Positions 49,157 through 60,168 are shown, counted from the first letter of the stretch. The stretch is 64,000 bases of DNA from Vulcanimicrobiota bacterium (GCA_963733295.1 CAVTCS010000003.1:1696001-1760000), one strand, 5' to 3'. The notes: generated by a model not told the origin, from the sequence alone. Numbers and translations are program-made.

Positions 49157-49976
49157 CGTGCCAAAGCAGCGTGACGCGCGACGGCGCGTTCGGATCCGGA
49201 CCGGGTTGAAGCGAAACGTCCACCGAGCTAAAGCGGTGCATGCGGTTCAAGCGGCGCTGCGCGGTATCCAGAGCGCTCTGCGTGACGAGCTGACCGAGAC
49301 GTAGGCCGAGTTTCTTTCGGATCAGGGCGTCGGCCGTGCGCACGTTTCCGTCGATAGCGATCGCGCCGATGCGCTGCGGCGCGATGCTATAGCGCACGTC
49401 GGCCATGCCGGTGGCGGGATCGACGCTTCGCACGTCGACGCCACCCGCGAACGAACCGACCGTCAAGTCGTGCCGGCCGAACAAGTCGCTCACACCCTCG
49501 AGATCGGCTTGCCGGAGATTGTCGGAATACACTTCGGCGCTGTGCGTCGCGAGCGCTTCGAGAAGCAGTGCGCGCGGCACGACCGGGTCGTAGTCGACGA
49601 ACACGCGGCGCACCGTGAGTCCTTCACGAATGTCCAACGTCAACGCGCCGGTGGCGGGATCGAATCGCGCGGCCAGAACGTGCGTCGGCAGCTGGCCGCC
49701 GAAACCGTGCGAGTCGTAATAGCCGTCGATCTTACGAATGTCGGCGTTGAGCCGGGCCCGGTCGAACGGTTTGTCGACGTGCGTGTCCATGAGGCCGAGG
49801 AGCGTCGCCGAAGAAATGGTGAGGTTGCCGTCGAGTTCGATCGTCTCGACAATATGCCGCGCAGTATTCGCAGCGGCAAGTGCTGACGACCCGATTTGCG
49901 GCGCGACAAACGTGCCGGCGAAGGTTGCGGTTGCAAATGCAAAAAGGAGCCCGAGGGGCCGTTTTGCCGGAGTCAT
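49140..49976 (-). CDS. secreted POTRA-repeat protein
   Basis: Signal peptide; repeats such as IELDGN..IS...LL..M...D...LNADIRKI..YY and I.IDGN.RT....IR..L....G........QRRL....FSSVDV; no beta-barrel. Confidence 0.7.
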   Translation of the reverse strand: MTPAKRPLGLLFAFATATFAGTFVAPQIGSSALAAANTARHIVETIELDGNLTISSATLLGLMDTHVDKPFDRARLNADIRKIDGYYDSHGFGGQLPTHVLAARFDPATGALTLDIREGLTVRRVFVDYDPVVPRALLLEALATHSAEVYSDNLRQADLEGVSDLFGRHDLTVGSFAGGVDVRSVDPATGMADVRYSIAPQRIGAIAIDGNVRTADALIRKKLGLRLGQLVTQSALDTAQRRLNRMHRFSSVDVSLQPGPDPNAPSRVTLLWHVTERG

Positions 49977-52480
49977 CGCGCTGATTCTCTCAAACCTTCC
50001 TCGGACGACGCTGGGAAGAATCCCAGTTGCGTTTCCTCACGCCGGTCCGGAGCTGAGAGTTTTGTCTGGAGCGGAGCCTGCGTCTCGAGCGTCGGCCGCT
50101 CGCCGATAACGTTCGCGATCTCGCGCGCGCGAGCGATGACGCCCGCGGGAAGGCCCGCCATTCGCGCGACTTCTATCCCGAACGAGCGCGAGGTGCTCCC
50201 AGGAAGCACGCGGTGTGAAAAGACCGGCGCGCCCGACTTCGCCGTGTTTCCCACAGCGGTCACGTGAAAGTTCGCGACCAGCGGCCAGCGTTCGGCCAGC
50301 GCGACGAGATCGTGGAAGTGCGTCGCGAACAACACCATCGGCGCGCGCGACTCGAGACCGAGCAAATACTCGCAGATCGCTTCCGCGATTGCCACGCCGT
50401 CGATCGTTCCCGTGCCGCGTCCGACCTCGTCGATCAGAAGCAGACTGCGCCGCGTGCAACGCCGCAAGATGTTCGACGCTTCGGCCATCTCAACGTAGAA
50501 GGTCGACTGACCCGAGGCGAGATCGTCGCCCGCGCCGATGCGCGTGAAGACGCTTTCCACGACTCCCAAGTGCATCGAACGTGCCGGGACGAACGAACCG
50601 AGCTGCGCGAGGATGACGAGCAGCGCAGCTTGTCGCAAGAACGTGGACTTGCCGCCCATGTTCGGGCCGGTCAAGAGCACGAAACGCGTGGCCGCTTCGG
50701 CGAGATGCAAGTCGTTCGGAACGAACGAGTCGCCGGCTAGCGCTTCCATGACCGGATGTCTGCCGTCGACGATGTCGAGCGTGCTCGTCTCGACGAAAAC
50801 GGGACGCACGTAGCCGCGTTCGCCCGCGACTTGCGCGAGGCTCGCGGCAACGTCGAGTTCGGCCAACGCGTCGGCCGCGGCCAACAGGGCCTCGACGTTC
50901 TCCGCGACGGTCTCGAGCAAACTGGCGTAGAGCGCCTCTTCGAGGCGCAGCTGCCGGCTTTGCGCGCTCGCGATCGCGATCTCGAGCTCTTTGAGTTCCG
51001 GGATGACGTAACGCTCGCCGTTCGACAGGGTCTGCTTGCGAACGTAGTCCGGCGGAACGAGCGCCACGTTCGATTTACTGACCTCGATCCCGTATCCGAA
51101 CGTGCTCGCGAATTTGACTTTGAGCGTCTTGATGCCGGTGCGCGTCCGTTCGCGTTCTTCGAGCGCGACGATTCGCTCGCGCGCTTCGCTCCGTTGGGTC
51201 AGACACTCTTCCACTTCGGGCGAAGCCCCGGGCAAAATCACGCCGCCGTCGGCGAGCGTCGCCGGCGGATCGGCGACCAGCGTCTTCTCGAGCAGGGCTA
51301 GCAGTTCGCGATGGTTGCCGATCCGTTCGCGAAACGCTGCCAGCGGCGGCGGCAACGCCCCGCAGAGCGGTTCGAGCAACTGCAGCGTGCGACGCAGCGA
51401 GCCGAGATCGCGCGGCCCGGCGCGCCGGAAACGCACTTTCTGCGCGATTCGCTCGAGATCGTACACGCCCGCCAAGAGTTCTTGCAGCTGAGCTCGCGCG
51501 GGGTAGTCGCGGGTGAGCGCATCGACGCGGTCGGCGCGGCGCGCGATCGCGGCGGCGTCGACGAGCGGCGCGAGAATCCAACGCGCCGAGCAGGCGCGAG
51601 CCCATCGCGGTGCGGCACCGGTCGAGCGTCGCCAGCAGCGTTGCCTTTGGATTCGCGCCTTGGGCCTTGATCAAGTCGAGGTGCCGGCGCGCGTTGGTGT
51701 CGAGTCCGAGGAAAGGTTCGCGCGCGGTAAAACTCGGGCTCGCGTAGCAGGCCGCTCGGGACGTCGAAGCCGACTCGCCGGACGAAAGCGGCGAGCGCGC
51801 CGAGCGAGCGCTCCATCGCCAACGACTCGTCGTCCGAGAAGCCCTCGACCGGACCGCGCTCGCGCGGTTCGACCGCGGCGAGCGGCGGCGCAGTCACGCG
51901 CACCGCCGGCAACGCGGCGACGACCGCCTTGCGAATCTCTTCGGGGACGTCGGCGACGATTTCGGCCGGACCTAGGCGTATCAGTTCGGCCAGAACCTCC
52001 TCGACCGCCCCGTCGCCGCTGAAAGCGGTCGCCAGCGCGCGCCCGGTCGAGATGTCCGCCGAGCGCCAGGCCGATCGCTTCGCCGCCGACCGTGAGCGCC
52101 GTGAGATAGTTGTTGCTGGCGCGCTCGAGCAGCGTCTCCTCGATCAACGTGCCCGGCGTGACGACGCGGACGACGTCCCGCCGGGTCAAGCGGTTGGGCA
52201 CGGGGACTTCCATCTGTTCGGCCAGCGCGACGATACGCTGCTGCTGCACGAGCTTAGCGAGATAGCCGTCGAGCGCGTGATGCGGAACGCCGGCCATCGC
52301 GACGCGCTGTCCGCCGCCGGCTTCCTTTGAAGTCAACGCGATTTGGAGCGCTTGAGCGATCGTCGTCGCGTCGTCGCCGTAGGCCTCGTAGAAGTCGCCG
52401 ACCCGCGCCAACAGGATCGCGTCCGGATGGCGCGCCTTCATGGCGAAGTACTGCTCGAGCATCGGCGAGTATCCGCTCAC
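49973..52480 (-). CDS. mutS: DNA mismatch repair protein MutS, with three frameshifts (~52059, ~51713, ~51586)
   Basis: SPMLEQY, RVGDFYE, MAGVP, VVTPGT; TAMGSRLL; DLER; GRHPV, TGPNMGGKST, GAGDDLASGQSTF, DEVGRGT, FATH, SFGIEVA. The motifs span four consecutive frames. Confidence 0.95.
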
Positions 52481-52516
52481 GGCGACGGGCGCTCCGGAAC
52501 CGGCACTCCTAGTACA

Positions 52517-53932
52517 CTAGCGTTGCGCGAGACCGATGAGATCGACCAGCGGACGAAAGGCGACCGGCTCGGCCGGTCCGTCGAAGCGCTCGGCCAGGCC
52601 GGTGAGCGTTCCGCGGCAGCCCCACACGTGCGCGCTCTCGATCCGGACGTCGAGCCACGGCCGCGCGACGATCTCCGCCGCCGTCAGCTCGCCGAGCGGC
52701 GCAACGACGGTCACGTTGTCGGTCGTCTTGCCCGAGATCTTGGATGGGTCTTTGCGCGACGGCCCGTGTGCAAGCGCGCGAACGACGCTGCCGACTTTGC
52801 GGTCGTGATAGGCTCGCACGCCGCGATTGACCGTCTGCATGAGCCGCTCGAGGCGGCCGCTCGCGACGCCGGGGTCGACCTGCTCCCACACAGCCGCCGG
52901 CGTTCCGCGGCGCGGCGAATAGATGAAGGAGTATGCCTGCGCGAAGCCGGCCCACTCGCAGAGCTCGAGCGTCGTTTCGAAGTCGTGGTCGCTCTCGCCG
53001 GGAAAGCCCACGATCAAGTCGGTCGTCAAGGCCCAGTCGGGGCAGTTCGCGCGGAAGAACCCGATCTTCTCGCGGTACTGCTCGACCGTGTACTTGCGAT
53101 TCATCCGCCGCAATACCGGATTCGAACCGCTCTGCACCGGCAAGTGAAAGCGCGGATTGAGCTGGGGCACCTTCCCCATCGTGCGCGCGAGTTTCTCACC
53201 GAAATCTTTGGGATGCGACGTAACGAAGGTCAGCCGCTCGAGCAGGGGTTGCGCGGCAACGATCTCGAGCAGGTCCGCGAAGTCGGCACCGCTGGCGGCG
53301 TCGCGATACGAATTGACCGTCTGACCGACGAGCATGATCTCGCGCGCACCGTTGGCCAGCGCCGCGCGCACTTCGCTCAAGATGTCGGAGAGCGGACGGT
53401 GGTCGAAGCGCCCGCGCACGTGCGGGACGATGCAGAACGTGCAGTAATACGAGCAGCCGCGCTGGACGGTTACGAACGCGCGCAGATGCGAGAACGCGTC
53501 GGCGATGCAGTCGGCCTCGCCTCCCAGCGGTTGGCGCAAGGCGCGTTCTTCCGCTTGCGGTCCTTCGTCCGCGAAGCCGGCGCGCCAGGTTGCGAGCGTG
53601 TCGCTCAAACGGGTCAGTTCGCTCGTTCCGAAAATTGCGTCGACGTGCGGCGCGGTTTTCTTCATGCGGTCGCGATCTTGCTCGGCGAGGCAACCGCAGA
53701 CGACCAGCTTCATTTCGGGATCGGCCAGCTTGAGCGCCTTGAAATGCGCCATCCGCCCGTAGGCGCGACGCTCCGCGTTGTCGCGTACGGTGCACGTGTT
53801 GAGCACCACCACGCTCGCCTCGCTCGCGTCGGCGACGATGGCGTAGCCCGCCGCGGCGGCCCGATCGGCGATCGACTGCGAATCCGCTTCGTTCATCTGG
53901 CAGCCGAACGTCTCGATGTAGATATTGGCCAT
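52517..53932 (-). CDS. miaB: tRNA methylthiotransferase MiaB
   Basis: TFGCQMNEADS, NTCTVR.NAE, GCLA, GCSYYCTFCIVP..RG, HLPVQSGS, IVGFPGE, YSPRRGTPA. Confidence 0.95.
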   Translation of the reverse strand: MANIYIETFGCQMNEADSQSIADRAAAAGYAIVADASEASVVVLNTCTVRDNAERRAYGRMAHFKALKLADPEMKLVVCGCLAEQDRDRMKKTAPHVDAIFGTSELTRLSDTLATWRAGFADEGPQAEERALRQPLGGEADCIADAFSHLRAFVTVQRGCSYYCTFCIVPHVRGRFDHRPLSDILSEVRAALANGAREIMLVGQTVNSYRDAASGADFADLLEIVAAQPLLERLTFVTSHPKDFGEKLARTMGKVPQLNPRFHLPVQSGSNPVLRRMNRKYTVEQYREKIGFFRANCPDWALTTDLIVGFPGESDHDFETTLELCEWAGFAQAYSFIYSPRRGTPAAVWEQVDPGVASGRLERLMQTVNRGVRAYHDRKVGSVVRALAHGPSRKDPSKISGKTTDNVTVVAPLGELTAAEIVARPWLDVRIESAHVWGCRGTLTGLAERFDGPAEPVAFRPLVDLIGLAQR

Positions 53933-54715
53933 CTACTTCGTCTTCGACGCGTCGGCCGTCAACTTTTCAAGCAACTCCAGCGGCAGGTAGATGCGTCCAC
54001 CGATGGTCTGCGGCTTGCTGTCGAAGGTCAGGGTCGCGCCGTCGTAGCGCACGGTTGCGACATCCACGTGCGCGACCACCACGTGGCCGCCGTAGCGGAC
54101 GACGATCTTCGTGCCCTCGAGCGCATACGAGCCGTACGGCAAATAGTCTTCGGCCGGTGCGACCACCGCCGAGCGGCCTTCACCCGCCGCGGGAGGCCGC
54201 AGGATCACCTCGGTCGTCGTATCGGGCCAAATGCGGAAGCTGCGTTGTACCTGCCCGTTCGCGCTGATCAGCGAGACGTGGTGGGGGCCGGGCAGCAGCG
54301 CGATCGGACGGCGTAAATCGCCGGAGAGCGGCGCGCCGTCGAGCGTTACCTTCATGCCGGTATCGACGCCGCGCAAACTCAAATCGCCTTCGTTCGGGCT
54401 GCGTCCCGGTACGCGCGGCTCCGCGACGAGGTCGGTGCTCGACATGAGGACCTTCTGCGGATCGACCTCGACGCCGAGCTCGCGCACCGTCCAACCCGTC
54501 TTCGTGATCGTCACCGTGTGGCGCCCGGGAGTCAGTCCGTCGACCATGACCGGCGAGCGCCCGACGTAGGTTCCGTCGAGCCAGATGTCCGCACCGGCCG
54601 GCAGCGTCGTGACGTAGACGCCGCCGGTCGACGTTTCCGCAGCGGCCGCGGCCGCCGCCGGAAGGCCGACGAGGAGTGCGCCCAGCAGCGCGAGGAGAGC
54701 GCGGAGCTTGACCAT
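53933..54715 (-). CDS. secreted PEGA-domain protein
   Basis: Signal peptide; VTTLPAGADIWLDG..VGRSP...LTPGRHTVTITK.G; C-terminal P....GRIYLPL resembling copper amine oxidase N-terminal 'stalk' domains. Confidence 0.75.
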   Translation of the reverse strand: MVKLRALLALLGALLVGLPAAAAAAAETSTGGVYVTTLPAGADIWLDGTYVGRSPVMVDGLTPGRHTVTITKTGWTVRELGVEVDPQKVLMSSTDLVAEPRVPGRSPNEGDLSLRGVDTGMKVTLDGAPLSGDLRRPIALLPGPHHVSLISANGQVQRSFRIWPDTTTEVILRPPAAGEGRSAVVAPAEDYLPYGSYALEGTKIVVRYGGHVVVAHVDVATVRYDGATLTFDSKPQTIGGRIYLPLELLEKLTADASKTK

Positions 54716-54777
54716 CTGTCCGAGGCAGCTTTCAGCGAGGCGCGGTTTCGCCCCCCCGCCCGCCGAATGAATGAGAA

Positions 54778-56148
54778 ATGGCTCTCGAACTGCCCGCGCG
54801 CGTGCGCCCCGCGACCGTCGCGATCGTCGGACGTCCGAACGTCGGGAAGAGCGCGCTCTTCAACCGGCTCGTCGGCAAGCGCCTGGCGATCGTCGACGAT
54901 GCGCCCGGAGTGACGCGCGACCGCCTCTACGCCCTGGCGGAGTGGCGCGGCCGCACGTTCAGCTTGGTCGACACCGCAGGCATCGACGTCGACGCTCCGC
55001 GCGACGAAGGCGACATCATACGCCGCACGCGCGAGCAAGCGGAGATCGCCGCGCGCGAAGCCGACGTCATCGTCTTCGTCGTCGACGCGTCGACGGGGCT
55101 CTCGCCGCTCGACGACGACGTCGTTTCGATCATGCGGCGCACGCGGCATCCCGTGCTCCTGGTCGCGAACAAGGCCGAGTCCGAGCGCGTACGCGCCTCG
55201 ATTCCCGGCGAATTCGCGCGGCTCGGCTTCGGCGAACCGATCGTCGTTTCCGCGATTCACGGCGAGGGAACCGGCGATCTCCTCGATGCGATCGTGGAAC
55301 GCTTGCCGCCCGAGCGCGAGATGCCGGAAGACGATACCGAATTGGCGCTCGCCATCGTGGGCCGCCCGAACGTCGGCAAGAGTTCGCTCCTCAACGCACT
55401 GCTCGGTGAAGAACGCTCAGTCGTCTCCGACGTCGCGGGAACGACCCGCGACGCGATCGACACGCTCTTCGAGTTTCACGAACATCAAATTCGGCTGATC
55501 GATACGGCCGGCGTGTGGCGCCGGACGCGCCATCACGGTTCGATCGAATACTATTCTTCGCTGCGCGCACTCAGTGCGATCGCGCGCTGCGACATCTCGA
55601 TTCTGGTGATCGATTCGATGACGGGAGTGCTGGATCAAGACCGGCGCCTCGCCGGAATCGCGCTGGAGGAGCGCAAGGGTCTCGTTATCGTCGCCAACAA
55701 GTGGGACCTCGCACTCGCGCAAAGCGAGGAGTATCAGCAAGACGAGCTGATCGAAGCGATCCACGACGCGATGCCGTTCGCGGCGTTCGCTCCGGTGACG
55801 TTCCTTTCCGCGCTCACCAAACGGCGCCTTGGAAGCCTGATGCCGCTGGTCATGCGCGTCGCGCGCAACTTGGACCGGCGCATTCCGACATCGCACCTCA
55901 ATACGCTCATACGCGACGCGATCTATACCCATCCCGCGCCGGCGAAGGGCGGTAAGCCGTTGCGCATCTACTACGCATCGCAGGTCGCATCGCATCCGCC
56001 GCTCTTCGTGTTCCACTGTAACGACGCCGAGCTCGTGACGAACTCTTACCAGCGCTTTCTCGAGAACACGATTCGCGCGAGCGAGGATTTCGAAGGCGTG
56101 CCGTTGCGCCTCGAGTTCCGCACGCGACGCGAGGCGGACATCACGTGA
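54778..56148 (+). CDS. der: ribosome biogenesis GTPase Der (EngA)
   Basis: Two GTPase domains (GRPNVGKS x2, DTAG x2, NKAE/NKWD) and a KH-like C-terminus. Confidence 0.97.
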   Translation: MALELPARVRPATVAIVGRPNVGKSALFNRLVGKRLAIVDDAPGVTRDRLYALAEWRGRTFSLVDTAGIDVDAPRDEGDIIRRTREQAEIAAREADVIVFVVDASTGLSPLDDDVVSIMRRTRHPVLLVANKAESERVRASIPGEFARLGFGEPIVVSAIHGEGTGDLLDAIVERLPPEREMPEDDTELALAIVGRPNVGKSSLLNALLGEERSVVSDVAGTTRDAIDTLFEFHEHQIRLIDTAGVWRRTRHHGSIEYYSSLRALSAIARCDISILVIDSMTGVLDQDRRLAGIALEERKGLVIVANKWDLALAQSEEYQQDELIEAIHDAMPFAAFAPVTFLSALTKRRLGSLMPLVMRVARNLDRRIPTSHLNTLIRDAIYTHPAPAKGGKPLRIYYASQVASHPPLFVFHCNDAELVTNSYQRFLENTIRASEDFEGVPLRLEFRTRREADIT

Positions 56149-56774
56149 ATGGATGGGGCGCCGTCTGGCTCGTTTGCGCGTTTTTCGTCGGCTCGATTCC
56201 GTTCGGCGTCATCGTCGCGGCGATATTCTATCGCAGCGACATCCGGCGCGAAGGCAGCGGCAACATCGGTGCGGCGAACGCGTTGCGCAGCTACGGCAAA
56301 ACGGCCGGCATCGCCGTTCTCGCGCTCGACGCGCTCAAAGGTTTTTTCGCGACCTGGATAACCGCGCCGTTCGGCGGAGCGGGTCCGGAGGCCGTGGCCG
56401 GACTGTGCGCGACGCTCGGACACTGCTATTCGCCGTGGCTCGGCTTCAAGGGTGGCAAAGGCGTCGCGACGTGGCTCGGCGTCCTGCTCGCGCTGCAACC
56501 TTTGGCCGCACTCAGCTTCGCGATCGCGTGGCTCGCGATCGTCGTCCCTTCGCGCTACGCCTCACTCGGGTCGCTCGTCGCAACGGTGGTTTCGGGAGCG
56601 GTCCTGTGGTGGCTCGAAGGTCAAGCGCTCGTCATCGGTCTGGTCGTGCTGGCCGCGACGGCATTGATTTTCTGGAAGCATCGCGAGAACATCGCTCGCC
56701 TGCGCGCCGGACGCGAGAATAAGATCGCCTTCCGCCGCAGTGATTCTGTCGATGCGAGGACTCTGCCCGGATAG
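56145..56774 (+). CDS. plsY: glycerol-3-phosphate acyltransferase PlsY
   Basis: GSIPFG, DIR..GSGNIGAAN..R, D.LKG, GH..S..L.FKGGKGVAT, HRENI.RL..G.E. Confidence 0.95.
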   Translation: MNGWGAVWLVCAFFVGSIPFGVIVAAIFYRSDIRREGSGNIGAANALRSYGKTAGIAVLALDALKGFFATWITAPFGGAGPEAVAGLCATLGHCYSPWLGFKGGKGVATWLGVLLALQPLAALSFAIAWLAIVVPSRYASLGSLVATVVSGAVLWWLEGQALVIGLVVLAATALIFWKHRENIARLRAGRENKIAFRRSDSVDARTLPG

Positions 56775-56792
56775 CACTAAAGACCGCCCACG

Positions 56793-57353
56793 ATGATCTC
56801 TTCGAACGATTTTCGCAATGGCGTGACGATAGTGATCGAGGGCAATCTTTGGACTGTCGTCGAGTTCTTGCACGTCAAGCCCGGTAAGGGTTCGGCCTTC
56901 GTCCGGACCAGGCTCAAGAACGTCAAGACGGGCGCGACGGTCGAGCGCACCTTCCGCGCGGGCGAGAAGCTCGAGCGGGCGACGGTCGACAACCGCGAGA
57001 TGCAGATGCTCTACAACGACGCCGACGGTTACCACTTCATGGACAACGAGTCGTTCGAGAACGTGACGTTGCAGCGCGATCTGATCGGCGATCCCGCCGA
57101 CTTCCTCAAGGATGGAATGAAGATCGACGTACAGTTTCACGACGGCGTACCGATCGGCGTCGACTTACCTGCGCACGTCGAACTGCGCGTCGAGGAAACC
57201 GACCCGGGCTTCAAGGGCGACACCGCAACCGGCGCGAGCAAACCGGCCAAACTCGAGACCGGTGCGAGCGTGCAGGTTCCGCTCTTCGTCAATCCCGGCG
57301 ACGTCATCCGCATCGACACGCGCGATCGGCGCTACATCGGCCGCGTGAGTTGA
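56793..57353 (+). CDS. efp: elongation factor P
   Basis: HVKPGKGSAFVR, PGFKGDTA..KPA.LETG..V.VPLFV. Confidence 0.97.
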   Translation: MISSNDFRNGVTIVIEGNLWTVVEFLHVKPGKGSAFVRTRLKNVKTGATVERTFRAGEKLERATVDNREMQMLYNDADGYHFMDNESFENVTLQRDLIGDPADFLKDGMKIDVQFHDGVPIGVDLPAHVELRVEETDPGFKGDTATGASKPAKLETGASVQVPLFVNPGDVIRIDTRDRRYIGRVS

Positions 57354-58171
57354 ACCCGCTCCTGGTCGCCGAGCTGGCGGCCATCGGAGCGGTCGCAGGC
57401 GTCATCGGGTCTCTGCTGGGGCTCGGCGGGGCGTTCATCGTCATCCCGATCTTGCGACTCATCTTCGGGTTGCCGCCCGCGGAAACATCGGCCGTCTCGC
57501 TCGTTCTGGTCGTCGCCAACAGCCTCAGCGGTTCGATCGGATATCTTCGTAACGGGCGTGCCGACCTGCGGCTCGCACTGGTGGTCGCGATAACCGGAAT
57601 TCCGGCGAGCGTTCTCGGCGCGTATCTCGTCGGGAAAGCGAGCCTTGCCGCCTTCGACTACCTCTACGGTGGGATGCTGGTCTACTTCTTCTTCGACATC
57701 ATGTGGCGCCGCAAGCGGCCGCCCGCGACCGGTCCGGTCAACGCTCCCGACGCAAAAGAGCGAACGCTGGTCGACGCCGATGGAATCCGCTATACGTACG
57801 CTACCAGCGTCTCGCTCTCGCTCGCATGCGGGGTCGTCATGGGACTCGTCGCGAGTTTCTTCGGCGTCGGCGGGGGCGTCATCTTCGTCATCTTCTTCAT
57901 CGCGCTGCTGCGCATGCCCGCGGCGATCGTGACGGCGACCTCGACGCTCGCGATCGTGCTGACCTCTCCGGCGGGCGTCCTTTGGCACGTCGTCAACGGA
58001 AACGTCGATTGGTCGTACGCGCTGCCGCTGGCGGCCGGCGGGCTCATCGGTGGCCAGTTCGGTCCGCGCCTGGCGCTCCGCTTGACCTCACCGCAATTGC
58101 TGACGGTGCTCGCCTACGCGATGCTCCTCGCCGCCGGAACTCTGGTTCTTAAACACATCCTCGGGTTCTAA
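57350..58171 (+). CDS. sulfite exporter TauE/SafE family membrane protein
   Basis: GSLLGLGGAFIVIP and repeated SFFGVGGG...ATATS; multi-TM. Confidence 0.88.
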   Translation: MNPLLVAELAAIGAVAGVIGSLLGLGGAFIVIPILRLIFGLPPAETSAVSLVLVVANSLSGSIGYLRNGRADLRLALVVAITGIPASVLGAYLVGKASLAAFDYLYGGMLVYFFFDIMWRRKRPPATGPVNAPDAKERTLVDADGIRYTYATSVSLSLACGVVMGLVASFFGVGGGVIFVIFFIALLRMPAAIVTATSTLAIVLTSPAGVLWHVVNGNVDWSYALPLAAGGLIGGQFGPRLALRLTSPQLLTVLAYAMLLAAGTLVLKHILGF

Positions 58172-58302
58172 GAGTCAGTCACCGGTCGGAACCCGCTCAA
58201 TCCTTCCCAGAAACGTCGCGGCCGTTCCCGGGTATCGCGAGGCCCTAAAGCTATCCGGGACGCCCCCCTGCCGCACATCAGCGTGCCTGTTTGGAGTGAC
58301 AT

Positions 58303-58671
58303 CTATTCCTCTAAAAGCGCCTTCCTCCAAAGTTTCGTAAGGTCGGGCTCGGCGCCTTGGTTAGCGGCGACTTGAACTTGTCTTGCAAATTCCTCGTCGG
58401 GCAGTTTTCGCAGACGTATAAGCTCCTCAACAACGAATTGCGCGCAACATGAGAGGGCAGCACGATCGTCACTCGGATGGCGCTCCGACCAAATCCGCCG
58501 AAACGTTTGTGTCAGCGCCGCATCAGCGGAATCTCCGTCAGGCATCCGCTCCATCTCGATTGTAAATTGCTCCATTCCGGTGTCGTAATGGTTCAATAAG
58601 TAAAGCTCGAGAAGTCGTCGGCATGCGTCGAACGAAGCTTCACGTTCGGGCCCATTGCCTAACTTCGACAT
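58303..58671 (-). CDS. putative immunity protein of the RHS toxin
   Basis: 122 aa, acidic and helical; ATG directly abuts the toxin stop codon; lower GC. Confidence 0.7.
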   Translation of the reverse strand: MSKLGNGPEREASFDACRRLLELYLLNHYDTGMEQFTIEMERMPDGDSADAALTQTFRRIWSERHPSDDRAALSCCAQFVVEELIRLRKLPDEEFARQVQVAANQGAEPDLTKLWRKALLEE

Positions 58672-60114
58672 CTAAGGACCTGGAACAATTCGGGGAACCG
58701 CATTTATACCTCCATTTGTAATCACGCCGTTTCGTGTCCACGCCCAGGCCTGTGTCCCGTTTTGTAGTGTTTGTTGGAACTTCTGCAGTATAGCACCATC
58801 CTTAAGGATTCTTGTGCCCGCCGAACCGGGGATAAGATTCGCCGGATCCGCAGCAGTGCGCTGAATAAGGGCTCGATTAAGTGGACTATCGATTACATGA
58901 TTTGTAGCATTGCGAAACATGTGCGCAGCGTCCGCTTCCGAAATTTGAGGCGCGTTGTCGGGCACTTTGACAGCAGCTCGAATGACGGCCGCGAGCCGGG
59001 ATACGTAGCTTTGAATGCCCTTTTCCGCTAGCGCTTCGCCCAGTGCCGTGGCCGGCGCGATGGGGGCCACCTGTTGCCCCGCTTCAAACGGATCAAAACC
59101 TGACGGATCGGCATACTTTACCGGATTGTTTCGGTTCCAAACGTAGGGGCTCTGTGACATCGGATCATCGACCTCACCCTTGTACGCATCTGGCGACGTC
59201 CACTGGCTCGTGCCGGGATTGAATGTGCGCGTCCCCTGGAAAACCAATGAAACCGCGCTGGACAAACCCAGCAGGGCGGATTGCCACGATATTCCGTCCG
59301 CGTTGACATACGCTAAGCCAGCTGGTTCGTAGTAGATCTGCGTACCGGAGTAGTTAACGCATGTCGCCAATGGGATTCCATCTGCCGGAAACAGTGCGCT
59401 TGGGCATAAGCCCGTCGTCAACGTCGCGTTCCGAACCGCAACCATTGAACTCGCCGAGTCTCTGTCGATGACATTTCCGCACTGCGCCTCTTGCTCAACA
59501 AACGCGCACACCTGCGTCGAATAAGCGCCCCCGCCGCCGAATATTAGCTGCTGATACGAGGCAAAGAGTGCGACGTCGCCATCCCAGTGAAGCATCGTCG
59601 GCGTAGGACCCGATATCGGGGCACGTGAGAGCTGCTCTGGATGGCCATTTAAGCCCCAAACGAATGAATCAGTCCCACCGGCTCCCCCGTCATATCCTGT
59701 AAATGCAAACGTGCTGTACATCCTTGTCTGCACATGATCTTCATTGTCGTAGGACGCTGAGAACGTCCCGGTGCTCGTTTCGTTCTTACATGGTTCTTTA
59801 AGCGGCGGTGAAATCAGGGCCGGGAAGAATATTGACAGCGACCGGCCGGCCGAACTCTCTCTTCCAGCGGCATCGAAGGCGTAACCATCCGAGAACGTGC
59901 TCCCACCTTTCGTGGCAAGTGGGTTCGTAACGCAATTCGTAACGGCCCCTCCCTCGGTGCCGCTGCTTCGCGTCATACGGCTATTATTGAAATCAACGGT
60001 GTTTGTTGTGACACTACCAGTTCCGCCGGCGCCAGAACTTCCCACTTTGATCAAGACACCAAACGCGTAGTTGCGAAGATTGTAAAGGGGGTTGTACCCT
60101 GTAAGTTCATTGAT
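58672..60114 (-). pseudogene. RHS-repeat toxin, 3' fragment (core end plus C-terminal toxin domain)
   Basis: Y.FDAAGR and YDNEDH repeats; RHS core end GTRTFNP...WTSPD...PMSQSPYVWNRNNPVKYADPSG, then a ~141-aa tip; truncated upstream by the IS. Confidence 0.85.
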
Positions 60115-60168
60115 TGGAGTTGACCCGGTTACGTGGACACTTTCCACCTTACGGAGAAAGAGTCCACC

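Noticed and set aside
58172..58302. Structured RNA or cobalamin riboswitch (CTGGGAAGG on the minus strand)
   Set aside because: It lies between convergent gene ends and the other conserved boxes were not found
60115..60147. Track start (MESVHVTGSTP) as the native RHS N-terminus
   Set aside because: These codons come from the IS left end, not from the original gene
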